The translations under genes were made by a program, and so were the position numbers. Of a stretch of DNA of 64,000 bases, positions 48,592-61,131 are shown one piece after another. This DNA is from Squalus acanthias (lineage: Eukaryota): contig CM059431.1 in assembly GCA_030390025.1 (NCBI GenBank), positions 123,506,001 to 123,570,000 of the forward strand. The letters are read 5' to 3'. The notes under the pieces were generated by a model. That model did not search any database. It was not told the DNA's origin and saw only the letters and a program-made list of their open reading frames with translations. Within the stretch, counting starts at the first letter, position 1. Each line of letters starts with the position of its first letter.

Positions 48592-51500
48592 CATAGAATC
48601 ATTGAATGGTTATAGCACAGAAGGAGGCCATTTGGCCCGTCGAGCCCATGAAGGCTCTCTGCAAGAGCGCTTCAGCTAGTTCACTCCTCCACCCTTTCCC
48701 CGTAGCCCTGCAAATATTTTTCCTTCAGGTACTTATCCAATTCCCTTTTGAAAGCCACAATTGAATCTGCATCCACCACCCTTTCAGGCAGTGCATTCCA
48801 GATCCTAACCACTCACTGTGTAAAAAAGATTTTCCTCATGTCGCTTTTCGTTCATCTGCCAATCAGCTTAAATCTGTGTCCTCTGGTTCTCGACCTTTCT
48901 GCCAATGGGTGCAGTTTCTCTCTATCTACTCTGTCTAGACACCTCATGGTTTTGAATACCTCTATCAAATCTCCTCTCAACCTTCTCTGCTCTAACGAGA
49001 ACAATCCCAGCTTCTCCAGTCGATCCACGTAACTGAAGTCCCTCATCCCTGGAACCATTCTTGGAAATCTTTTCTGCACCCTCTCTAAGGCCTTCACATC
49101 CTTCCTGAAGTGTGGTGCCCAGAATTGGACACAATACTCCAGTTGAGGCCGAACCAATGTTTTATAAAGGTTCATCATAACTTCCTTGCTTTTGTACTCT
49201 ATGCCTCTATTTATGAAGCCTTGTATGCTTTGTTAACTGCTTTCTCAATCTGCCCTGCCACCTTCAACGATTTGTGCACATATACCCGCAGGTCTCTCCG
49301 TTCATGCACCACCTTTAGAATTGTATCATTTAGTTTATATTGTCTCTCCTTGTTCTTCCTACCAAATGTATCACTTTGCACTTTTCTACATTAAATTTAA
49401 TCCGTGACATGTCCAACCATTCCACCAGCTTCGCTACATCTTCTTGAAGTCTATCACTATCCTCCTCACTGTTCACTATACTTCCAAGTTTTGTGTCATC
49501 TGCAAATTTTGAAATTGTGCCCTGTACACCCAAGTCCAAATCATTAATATAAAGAAAGAAAAGCAGTGGCCCTAGAACTGACCCCTGGGGAACACCACTG
49601 TGTACCTTCCTCCAGTCTGAAAAACAACTGTTCACCACTACTCTCTGTTTCCTTTCACTTAGTCAATTTAGTATCCATGCTCCCACTGTCCCTTTTTTTC
49701 CATGGGCTTCAACTTTGCTGGCAAGTCTATTATGTGGCACTTTATCAAACGCCTTTTGGAAGTCCAGGTACATCAATCGCATTGCCCTCATCAACCCTCT
49801 CTGTTACCTCATCAAAAAACTCAATCAAGTTAGTTAAACACGATTTGCCTTTAACAGATCCGTGCTGGCTTTCCTTAATTAACCAACACTTGCGCAAGTG
49901 ACTGTTAATTTTGTTCCTGATTAGCATTTCTAAAAATTTGCAATTCTCCAGTCCTCTGGCACCACCCCTGTATTCAAGGAAGATTGGAAGATTACGGCCA
50001 GTACCTCCACAATTTCCACCTTAACTTCCCTCAGCATCCTAGGATGCATCCCATCTGGTCCTGGTGACTTATCTACTTTAATACAGCCAGTCTTTCTAGT
50101 ACCTCCTCTTTATCAAATTTTATCCCATCCAGTTACTCAACTACCTCCTCTTTCACTATAGCTTTGGCAGCATCTTCTTCCTTGGTAAAGACAGATGCAA
50201 ATTATTCATTTAGTACCTCAGCCATGCCCTCTGCCTCGATGCGTAGGTCTCCATTTTGGTCCCTAAACAGTCGCACACCTCCTCTTACTACCGTTTACTA
50301 TTTATATGCCTATAGAAGACTTTTGAATTCCCTTTTATGTTAGCTGCCAATCTATTCTCATACTCTCTCTTTGCCCCTCTTAACTTCTTTTTCACTGCCC
50401 CTCTGAACTTTTAATTATCAGCCTGGTTCTCACTTGTATTCTCAACCTGACATCTGTCATACGCCCCCATTTTCTGCTTCATCTTGCTCTCTATCTCTTT
50501 CCTCATCCAGGGAGCTCTGACTTTGGATGTCCTACCTTTTGCCCTCATGGGAATGTACATCGACTGTACCCGAACCATCTCCTCTTTAAAGGCAGCCCAT
50601 TGTCCGAATACGGTTTTGCCTGCCAATCTTTGATCCCAATTTACCCGGGCGAGATCTGTTCTCAACCCACTGAAATTGGCCTTCCTCCAATTAAGTATTT
50701 TTACTCAAGATTGCTCCCTGTTCTTTTCCGTGGCTAATCTAAACCTTATGTTACTATGATCACTGTTCCCTAAATGTTCCCCTACTTGCTCCACTTGACC
50801 CAGCTCATTCCCCAGAGCCAGATCCAGCAATGCCTCCTTCCTCATTGGGCTAGAAACATACTGATCAAGAAAGTTCTCCTGAACACACTTCAGAAATTCT
50901 TCTCCCTCTCTGCCCTTTACACTATTACTATCCCAGTCTATATTAGGATAGTTGAAGTCCCCCATTAGTCTCCCATTAGGTCCTGCCAAAGATTGCCCTA
51001 TAGTTCTTGCACCTCTGTAATTTCCCAGCAGATTTGCTCCTCAATATCCTTCCCACTAGTTGGTGGCCTATAGAATACACCTAGTAGTGTAATGGCACCT
51101 CTATTGTTTCTTAACTCTAACCAAATAGATTCTGTCCTTGACCCTCCAGGACATCCTCTCTCTCCAGCACTGTAACATTCTCCTTAACCAATACTGCCAC
51201 CCCACCTCCTTTCTTTCCTTCCCTATCTTTCCTGAACACCTTATATCCAGGAATATTTAGTACCCAATCCTGCCCTTTTTTGAGCCAGGTCTCCGTTATC
51301 GCCACAATATCATATTCTCATGTGTCTATTTGCACCTGCAGCTCACCAACCTTATTTACCATGCTTTGTGCGTTTACGCACATACACTGTAAACCTATCT
51401 TAGACATTCTTGTATTCTCTCCTAGTTTGACTCCACCTAATACCATACTATTTCTTACTCTTCCAATCTTTTGTACACTTTGCTTCTCCTTTCCAGTGCT

Positions 51501-52710
51501 ATATCCTGGTGCCCATCATCCTCCCAAATTAGTTTAAATCCTCCCCAACATCACTAGCAAGCCCCCTACGCGAGGATATTGGTCCTGGCTCTGTTGAGGT
51601 GCAACCCGTCCAGCCTGTACAGGTCCCACCTCCCCCAGAGCCGGTCACAATGTCCCAGGAATCTAAAGCCCGCCCTCCTGCACCATCTCTCCAGCCACAT
51701 ATTCATCTGCTCTATCCTCCTATTTCTATACTCACTAGCTTGTGGCACCGGGAGTAATCCAGCGATTACTACTTTTGAGGTCCTGCTTTTTAATCTCTTT
51801 CCTAGCTTCCTAAAATCTGCCTGCAGGACCTCATCCCTCTTTCTACCTATGTCGTTGATACCAATATGCACCACGCCTCTGGCTGTTCACCCTCCCCCCT
51901 CAGAGTGTTCTGCAGCTGATCAGTGACATCATTGACCCTGGCACCAAGGAGGCAACATACCATCCTGGAATCATGTCTGCGGCCGCAGAAACAACTGTCT
52001 GTTCCCCTAACTATTGAACCCCTATCACTATTGCTTTCCCGATCTTCTGTCTCCCCTTCTGTACAGCGGAGTCACCCATTGAGCTGTGGACTTAGCTCTG
52101 ACTGTACTCCCCAGGGGAACCATCACCCTTACCAGTGTGAGATGCACTCAGGGGACTGCTGCACTACCTGCCTGGTCATCCTTGCCTGTATGACGGTCAC
52201 CCATTCCCTCTCTACCTACACACTCTTATGCTGCAGGGTAACCTCCTGAAACATGCTATCTCAGCCTCATGGATGTAATGCAGTGATGCCAGCTGCTGCT
52301 CAAGCTCCGAAACCCAGAGCTTGACCTCCTCCAGCTGACGACGGTTCCTGCACACATGGTTGTCCAGGACACGGGAAGCATCCTGGCGTTCCCATGTGCC
52401 CTGCCATGCCTCTATTTAATAGACTATTAACTAACTTAACAGAAATAAACTTAAGAATAAAAGTCTTAAATGTCAGGCCTACCTTTATCTCTGGCCGTTC
52501 CTCTCACTCTCTTAGTTAAAGTCTTTGTTCGAATGATTATTTAGTTATATTAATTAGTTTTTCTAGTTAAGTTATTAATTTAATAAAGTACGTTATAGTT
52601 TCCCAGCTCTTAGTTTAAACCACTGTCCTAGCTTAGAGCAAAACAAAAGTTAATACTCACCCACCAATCAACTACCTGCTGTCCTGTGATGTCACTCCTT
52701 GTTTTTTTGT
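48592..52710 (-). mobile_element. CR1 LINE family B, near full length and decayed
   Basis: Colinear with 13305-20406 minus its insertions. ORF1 esterase (HIGINDIG, DGLHLN), APE and RT (KFADDTKL). The 5' boundary is approximate. Confidence 0.92.
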
Positions 52711-52874
52711 TGTTGTTTTAGAATTCGTCATGCTGCAAACTGAATCCACTTAATGGGTGCGACTCTGTTTAAGCACAAACTATTGGTCTCTGATTCCTTT
52801 ACTCATGGTTTTCTGCAGTTTGTCCACAACAACAATATAGTCTGCTCTTATTATGGAGCAAAACATCAGTGGCA

Positions 52875-53350
52875 GGCTTGGCTCACCCTCGCCTGAGTCA
52901 GAAGGTTGTGGGTTCAAGTCCCACTCCAGACACTTGAGCACAAAATCTAGGCTGTCACTCCAGTGCAGTACTGAGGGAGTGCAACACTCTCGAAGGTGAT
53001 GTCTTTTGGATGAGACATTAAACCGAGGCCCTGTCTGCCCTCGCAGGTGGACATAAAGATCTCATGGCATTATTTCAGAGAACAGAGGAGTTCTCCCTGG
53101 TGTCCTGGTCAATATTTATCCCTCAACCAACATTACTAAAACAGATTATCTTTTCATTATCGCATTGCTGTTTGTGGGAGCTTGCTGTGCACAAATTGGC
53201 TGCCACATTTCCTACATTACAACAGTGACTGCACTTCAAAAAGTACTTCATTGGCTGTAAAGCACTTTGGGACATCCTGAGATCATGAAAGGCGCTATAT
53301 AAATGCAATTTCTTTTTTTCTTTCTTTTTCTCTTTTTTTCTCTCTTTCTC
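52875..53350 (+). mobile_element. Deu-domain tRNA SINE
   Basis: B box gggttcaagtcc; core atttatccctcaaccaac...gctgtttgtgggagcttgctgtg; tail ggcgctatataaatgcaa followed by T/C repeats. Confidence 0.85.
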
Positions 53351-53734
53351 TCTTTCTTCATCATTCCTGAGAGATGTTGCAACTGTGCTTGCTGCCTGAG
53401 CCCCTGTGGTCTTCCATGCTGATGCCCCTGATGCTGCATTCTGTACAGTAACACTCTGCAGAAATGAGAATCCTTGCAAGCAGGCAACTTACTACTGCAC
53501 CTGGTCATGAATCATCCTGTTTATCATAACATAAATACTAATGAAGTAATGATTCATTTGTAGCAATTTTTTTTATCTCCAGGAGTTTGATTATTTACTT
53601 TGAACAAAAATCAAAACCTTGGCAATACTAACCATTATTTTTGGGCGATATAGATACAATTTTTAAAGTTGGTGCATTAACGATCACCTGTACATGTGAA
53701 TGAGGTAGAACAGGAGAGTATAGTGCTATTCCCA

Positions 53735-54110
53735 ATATCTTTGCATTTTGAGGAAAGACTGGAAAACCAGTCAACTGAGAAGGAGGTAACTGAAAGAGGA
53801 CCTCATGTTGGCTCGTACAATAGAAAATGGTATAGAAAATATAAATCCAGAATACTACTTCAAATCAAACAGTTATAGTCGGACAAAGAGACACAGGTTC
53901 AAACTCGTGGAAGGCAAATTCATGATAACATTAAGAAGCTTTTCACACAAAGTATGATCAACATGATGAATGGACTTCTGGGTAGTGAAGACAAAAACCA
54001 TCGAATTATTTGAGAATTGTCTTAATCCTGTGATAGAGAGAGATTGTAAATTCTCTTAGGATAGATAAGCTAGGATAGGCTGGATGGACTCCCCATTATG
54101 TATGTATCCT
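53735..54110 (+). mobile_element. Highly decayed CR1 3' fragment
   Basis: FEERLEN-like peptide, ggacaaagagacacaggttcaaact and tttcacacaaagt resemble the CR1 C-terminus. Confidence 0.5.
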
Positions 54111-54215
54111 GTGATATCTGTATTCGGGCATAGAATTAGAATTTTGTCAAATAATCAACAACTGAATAACGTTAGGTGATATGTTGAGGAAAACAATCTC
54201 TTAGGAAACCTATGG

Positions 54216-55689
54216 GGGGTAGAGTTTCTGCTTCAGGCGCGAGCAGCGATCCGGGCCCAAAATTGTGCCCATTTTGAGAAGTGTTTTCTTCTCGAGTTTC
54301 CACTCAAACTCATTTGCATATCACCAAACCCAAAATCTGCCATTAGGGCAGCGTTTTAAAATGTAATTTTAAAAAAAAAAATTGTTTTGAAAAATATTCC
54401 TTGATACATTTAAAAGTGGTAACTTGGTGCAGTTTCATTAATTTGGCTGAGATGGGTTTATCAGAAAAAATAAGCATTTTTAATCAAAGTGTCAATACAC
54501 CACTCATGAGTAACCCGATTTTAAATGACTTTAAAAAAATATACAGAACCATTTACTAGTTATGTTGGGGTAGTTTCTTAGCAAATTAAAAATAAATTAT
54601 ATTCAAAAGCTTTTGAAACATGTCTATGGGCTGGATTTTACCAACCTTGAGGAGGCGAGTTTGGAGGCGGGACTGCTGGGAAAATGGGAAAAATTGGGAG
54701 TGGACCTGTCTCCTAGCGGCGGGAAGGGGATTAGAGCCAATTAACTGCCTGTTAACAGATAGTTAACAGGCAGTTAAGAGGCTTTTTTCCATTTTCTGCC
54801 AGGGTCAGCGAGGCGAGCTGTGGCTCTGCTGCAGTGTAAGTGTGCAAATGACAGCTGCAGAGGTAGTGTGATGGGGGCAATGGTGCACAGGTAAGTATGA
54901 CAGGTGAGAGAATGTAGTGAGAAATATTTTTATTCTGTTTATATGTATCTGCAGGTGACAAGATTTGATGTTTCTGTGAAGCCTCATCTGATTGGGAGAA
55001 TTGACAGAAGGCTTCTGCAATCTCACATGCAGCTGCCATCTGTTTTCTCCTAAGGAGAGAGTCATTGGTGGGCCTGTGTGCAAGGGCTCACCTTTGGATA
55101 GTGATTGTCAGTGTTTGCCAGCACCTCAATGCTGTCAAACACTGACAATTCATCTGTCAAAAAATTATGGGGCTTGTCACTTTAACAAAACCGGCAGATG
55201 AAGCGCCATGCACTGACGTCATCTGACACCGGCTTTCCCTTAATTGGCTGGCAAGCCCGCAGGGCGGGCTTAACAAGGTCAATCAGGGGAAAATAGCGTC
55301 AGTACGTCAGACGTCGCTGGGGGCAGGACTAAAACCCGAAAGGCAGCAGTCCCTCCCCCAACGCGTCTCGGTGAGTAAAATCCAGCCCTATGTGTCCTTG
55401 CGCCCTAAAGAACCAGCTTAATTTTTAGAGCCTCCTCGAGGGCCTGCAAGTGAGCGCAATTAGCAGAAATTCCCAATGGTGATTAATTCACCCTGGGGGC
55501 GTGGCCAGTTTTGGGGGCGGGGCCAACTTCTAGCGCGATGCTTTTTAAAATAGTGCAAAAGATTGTGGAAACTCGATTTGCGTTGAACATAACTTTAGCT
55601 TAAAAAGTTGCAATCCTTTGTGCCGCTACGAAGATTTGGGGCGAATTACGCCGAAAAAACCCAGCGCAACTGAGCGGAAACTCTACCCC
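54216..55689. mobile_element. Non-autonomous Harbinger-type element containing a nested one
   Basis: TIR GGGGTAGAGTTTC / GAAACTCTACCCC; flanks tgg/agg. Confidence 0.75.
54628..55388. mobile_element. Non-autonomous Harbinger-type element (nested)
   Basis: Perfect 14-bp TIR GGGCTGGATTTTAC; TSD tat at 54625-54627 and 55389-55391. Confidence 0.85.
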
Positions 55690-58600
55690 AGGATATTTAT
55701 AGCTTTATAATTGGTCCTGATGTTCTTAAAAACCTAATAACAAAAAGTATTTTCAATGATCTTTGTTCAAGGTACCTCAAATAGATTCATTAGACTCTTC
55801 GGCTTCAAGAAGAAATGATCACAAAAAGTTGATGAACGATTTTCAGCATAAAATGGTGGCATGAGCGATCCTTTGTTTGTGACCAGAATGAGTCAGGATT
55901 TTATTTCAGAATATGTTTTGCTTTCTTGCACTTGTAATGCATGGCAAAAGATATTTACACATTTACACTATTTTAGGTTTCCCCAATCTGTATCAGGGAT
56001 TAGAATGTAAGAACTTTTAACAGCAGGAGTACGTCATTAGGCCCAAACAAACCTGTCCTTTTTCCAGAGGTCAACTCCCCCATCCACTTTAACAATGGGC
56101 TGAAATTCCTATTTCCCCCCAAAAATGGGATAAATGATTGCACATGGATGAAATTAATGGGGCACAAGTGAAATTATAGGTATTGAAATGTGAAGGTGAT
56201 TTTGCTGGTGATAATGACTCAATCAGCCCATCATAGTGCACTTGAAATAATGTTCCTTTAATAATTGTCAAGCAGCTAGTAAGCCACTCAATTAATATAA
56301 ATGTCAAAAAGTCTATTCATCCAGCTGTGGAATACTTGACTGCAGTAGAAAATACCTGCGTGCTACTGGAGAGCATTTTGATTTCCCAGTACAGCACTCA
56401 GCCTTATACTGTCCAACCTAACTTTCTCAGTCAGGAATTACTTGAAGTGGAGCACAGATAAAGATGCTAATTTTTGACACTGGTAGCAGTTTCCACAGAA
56501 GAGCCTGATCAAAGTACGGTGATGCCCTATATTATTTTTTGAATTTTAATACTTTAGGTTGCATAATTCATTCTCCAGGAAAATGAAACTACATTCTAAA
56601 ACTTTATTGTGCACCTTATATAAACAGTTGAAGGTAATTTCAGGACACAGTTTTTTTCCACTCACCACCTTACAAGGCCAGTGACTGGGAGGGGACAGAG
56701 CTAGGGCAAGGAGCAGGGACTCTATGCTGGAAATTCCTATTTCTCAGTCCAATTGGGAACCAGCATACGTCTTGAGCCAGGTGTGTCCAATCAGATTAGT
56801 CACAGTGACTTCCTGATGGAAGAAAGTGAATTCCCTTAGTCAGGGAGTCCAGTCCAGAGAAGTGGTCTGAGCACTGGATATGAGGAGCACTTTTTTTTTA
56901 AAGAATTTTTGCATTGGCCTCTTTGATAAAGAGTGGAAAGGGGCCTGGCATCAACGCAGATGGCAGCCAGGCATCGGAATTTCCAGCAGTGTGGGACTGG
57001 CAAGTGCCTCCTGGTGGAATGCAGATCAGGTGCCCTCTCACTAACCAAGCATTCCCTGTGTAACTGCCTCGATCACAGCTCATGGATTTTCAGGCCCAGT
57101 GTCTTTTAGAAAAATTCTCAATTGCTTTTATCATATTGGATAAGTGACTGTTCTTCGCTATTGATTTCACCTTGTCTGCAGCAAACATCCACCACTCTCC
57201 TATTCACGAAGCTATAATGTGGAGATTAGATTTCATATCATTGACTACTTTCAAATTACCAATAACTTTGTGCCTAGAAGAGTTTATATGAGATCAGATT
57301 ATCGTTTGATAGGCTTCCAAAAGTTTGTACCCTTTGTGTAAATAGTTTCCAATATTCATGTCACATTTTTTGAACTGAGTGCAGTACTCAGGTATTGGAT
57401 GAAACCATACTGCAGTTACTTATTGAGTGTACTGCATGCTGCCCCCACAACAGGATTAGACTTATTGGGGTAGATATTTCCCCCTGTGCGGACTTCAGGC
57501 AGCCAGCCAGTGGAGCGCGCCGGCCGATAGCCCTTGGCAGGACGCCCAGTCCATTTTGAAAGCCGGGCCTCATTAGCATTTGGTCAGGAGGCTGCGTGTA
57601 GAAAACAAACGTTTAGTTAAAATTTGTAAATGTGGCCATACATGAACATACATAGGTTTTCTTCATAATATCGTGGACATGTGAACGTGCTCTGCCTAAT
57701 CTTCACTGCCTCTACTGCTCTCTGCGCCTATATCCTGCAATATGAATATGGCCATTCTGGCAATAAATTTATACATAAAATTGTAAAGAAGGTGCAACTC
57801 ATTTATTTATCTGCTATTGTTTAATCTGTAGCGGTAATTTTCTGATTTTGTTTGCCAGCAGAGAGATTCTTTCACTAGAAGCACATATCAGAAATTTGGC
57901 GGGGGGGTGGGGGGGAATTTTTACACTCCCACGACGGGCGTGAGAGGTTAAGGGAGTCTTAAATCAGTAAATATGTGAAGCCCGACTCCAACGCGGTGCG
58001 AACGGGCCAACTTCCGGTTTAAACGCGGCAGGTTCGGGGGCATCTCAGTAACCCACTCTGGAGAGGCGGGTCCATGATTATAATATTTAAATGAGGCTCT
58101 GCAACTTAGAGTTTGGGATCCATTTGAATTTAACAGCTGCGGGCCAGGTTTCGCAGGGCTTGAAAAACCGGATCCAGCAGGTACATGCTTTTTCGATCAC
58201 TGCTCGTGGGCCAGGAGGAGCAGGAGTGCTTCCCCCGGCCCCCCAAGCAAATCTCTGCCGCGATCGTCAGGCCCGCCCACGATCTGCCGACCGCACCCCC
58301 GAAACTCCCTCCATCCCCCACCCACCCTGCAATCATCCTTGCCTCTTCCTACCAGGCCTGAACTGCTAGGCGCCTCTTGTGAATGCAGGGATCAATGTGC
58401 AATATACCCTTTGAAGTGTGAAGCCCGATATCAAGATACCCCCAATCTAATTCCCTAGCCTCTCCAAACCAGAACTGAGAGCCTCCTATCAATGGCAGCC
58501 TAAGATCTGAATAGCTAAAATCATGACATTCAGAAGGAAAAGTGCATCTGCTCTTAAGGCCTTTCCTTCAGATGCCCATGGAGTTGCCACATACTCCAGA

Positions 58601-58983
58601 GAGGATTGCAGGCTTCCCAATCCATCTTGCCTGACTGTATAGGTGTTGGAGCAGCACTTTTGCAGAATTTTCAAGATACCACACAGGGAGCTCAGAACAT
58701 TCTCAAAGGATTGCATGTGTACTTTTGCTCTTTAATGAATTCCTCTCTATATGCAATACCAGTAAGGCACTAATCTTTGAGCTGTGCAACAGAGGAAATC
58801 CTGGGCCCAGCCCTCCTTCACATTGTTGCTGCTCCTCTCTGACACCTCAATTTGCTCCTTCTTCACTAGTGCTGTGTCTTTTGTGAAAGGAATATACTTA
58901 TAAATATTTTACATGTCTCTCAATGTAAAAGAAATCTATGCCAGCTGTACATAAACATCATAAACACCAATATGCCAAGAGTA

Positions 58984-60661
58984 TGTAATGGTTATGTTTA
59001 TAATGTTGGATCCTGAGAGTCTAGCTTTCAGCTATGATCTTAGTTCGGACATCAAGACAATCACACCAGACCACGATGTCTTGTAAAGCGACATTTATTT
59101 ATTTTGTTTCAACAAATTTATTAATCAAAACTCATTTACTCAGTTAGCATGACTATCACAAAAATATTTAACAAGCACTCACAGTCAAGTATTTTGGCCC
59201 AGGACAATAACATCAGAATAGAAAAACAGAATATTGTTCAGAGAGATTTAGGTGTCCTTGTACAGGAAACACAGAAAGTTAGCATGCAGGTACAGCAAGC
59301 AATTAGGAAGGCAAATGGCATGTTGGCCTTTATTGCAAATGGGTTGGAGTACCAGAGCAAGGAAGTCTTATTACAATTGTACAGGGCTTTGGTGAGACCA
59401 CACCTGGAGTACTGTGCATAGTTTTGGTCTCTTTATCTGAGAAAGGACATACATGCCTGAGAGGTGGTGCAACAAAGGTTCACTGGATTGATTCCTGGGA
59501 TGAGAGTGTTGTCCTATGAGGAGAGGTTAAGTAGATTGGGCGTATACTCTCTGGAGTTTGGAAGAATGAGAAGTGATCTCATTGAAACACATAGGATTCT
59601 GAGGGGGATTGACAGGGTAGATGCTGAGAGGTTGTTTCTTCTGGCACGAGAGTCTAGAACTTGGGGCATAGTCTCAGGATAAGGGGTCGGCCATTTAAGA
59701 TTAAGATGAGGAGGAATTTCTTCACTCAGAGGGTTGTGAATCCTTGGAATTCTCTACCCCAAAGGGTTGTGGATGAGTCTTGAGTATATTCAATGCTGAG
59801 ATAGATAGATTTTTGGACTATAGGGGAATCAAGGGATATGGAGATCGGGTGGGAAAGTGGAGTTGAGGTCGAAGATCAGCCATGAACCATATGGCGTCCT
59901 CCTGCTCCTAATCCTTATGTTCTTATCAGTCGGTAACTCTTCTGACAGCAGCGCAGGGGAACCCCCTGGATTAGGAAACACGTTGCCTTTGGTATCCAGC
60001 TGCTAGTACCATTGCAGGACTCCCTGTCTGGAAAGGGTGTGAGTCCCGCTAAAGTTCACAGTCACATAACATGACCAGGACAACATTTTTTTCGGTGTTC
60101 CAGCAGTGAGCATGATCCAGCTGCTAGTGGTAGAGGACACTCTGGCTGGTCAGGAAGTGAATCTCCAAACCACAGTCCCAATGTTACCCTTTTTATAAGT
60201 CACTTTTCCTATGATTTCAGTTAGCTTCACAAACACCTGCAGGATTGACTGCCCTCTCATGTCCCATTATTGATGATAACAATAATCTAACCTAGACAGG
60301 CATTAACTGCGCTTTCTTAGGGAAGATGCCTATGTTCCAATTCTCACACTTCTCAATAATTAAGTATAGTTCAACTCGGAGATTCTGGACTCTGTTTCCC
60401 TGTTAGCTGCTCCATATTTTCTTAATTAAATTTGCAGTGTTTCAGAGTTATTTGCTTCTTTTCCTCCAAGTTTGTTTACGAGAAGAACTTCCTTTCTAGT
60501 TAGAGCTACCAATGGTCCTTGTCTGATATATCTTTTGTTCTCACATTTTCATTGTCCTAGCAGTTGGTAACTCGTTTTAAGTAATATGATTAAGTAAATA
60601 TTGAAAGCAACTACTTTAGATGATATAAAATATATTATAAAATATAAGATGCCATTATACA
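58984..60661 (-). mobile_element. Possible old solo LTR with a nested CR1
   Basis: TGTAATGG...CCATTATACA inverted ends; minus-strand AATAAA near 59094 and TATA-like near 60192. No TSD seen. Confidence 0.3.
59220..59925 (+). mobile_element. CR1 LINE family B 3' fragment
   Basis: QRDLGVLV...LYRALVRPHLEYC; SYEERLSRLG; ends ttatgttcttat. Confidence 0.9.
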
Positions 60662-60668
60662 TCATAAT

Positions 60669-61131
60669 GGAAAGATAGCATAGTGGTTATGCTACTGGAC
60701 TAGTAATCCAGAGGTCATGATTTCACAATCCCACCATGGCAGCTGGGGAATTTAAATTCAGATAATTAAATAAATCTGGAATAAAAATCTAGTATCAGTA
60801 ATGGTGACCATGAAACTACCAGATTGTTGTAAAATCCCATCTGGTTCACTAATGTCCTTTATGGAAGGAAATCTGCCATCCTTACCTGGCCTGGCCTATA
60901 TGAGACTCCAGACTCACAGCAATGTGGTTGACTCTTAACTGCCCTCTGAAATGGCCTAGCAAGTCATTCAGTTGGACCAAACCACAACAAAGAAGTATAC
61001 TTCTATACCACATGGACTGCAGCAGTTCAAGAGAGCGGCTCACCACCACCTCCTCAAGGTCAATTAGGGATGGTCAATAAATGCTGGCCTTGCCAGTGAT
61101 GCCCATATCCCATGAACAAATTTTAAAAAAA
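60669..61131 (+). mobile_element. tRNA-derived SINE composed of the 5' head/body and the 3' tail of LINE family A
   Basis: 60669-60982 aligns with 22805-23138; 61008-61131 aligns with 5112-5226 and 37374-37490. Confidence 0.88.

Noticed and set aside
56717..58800. GC-rich patches resembling Harbinger termini (near 56720-57100, 57468 and 57905)
   Set aside because: Probably decayed elements, but I could not pair TIRs or find TSDs, so boundaries are unsupported.
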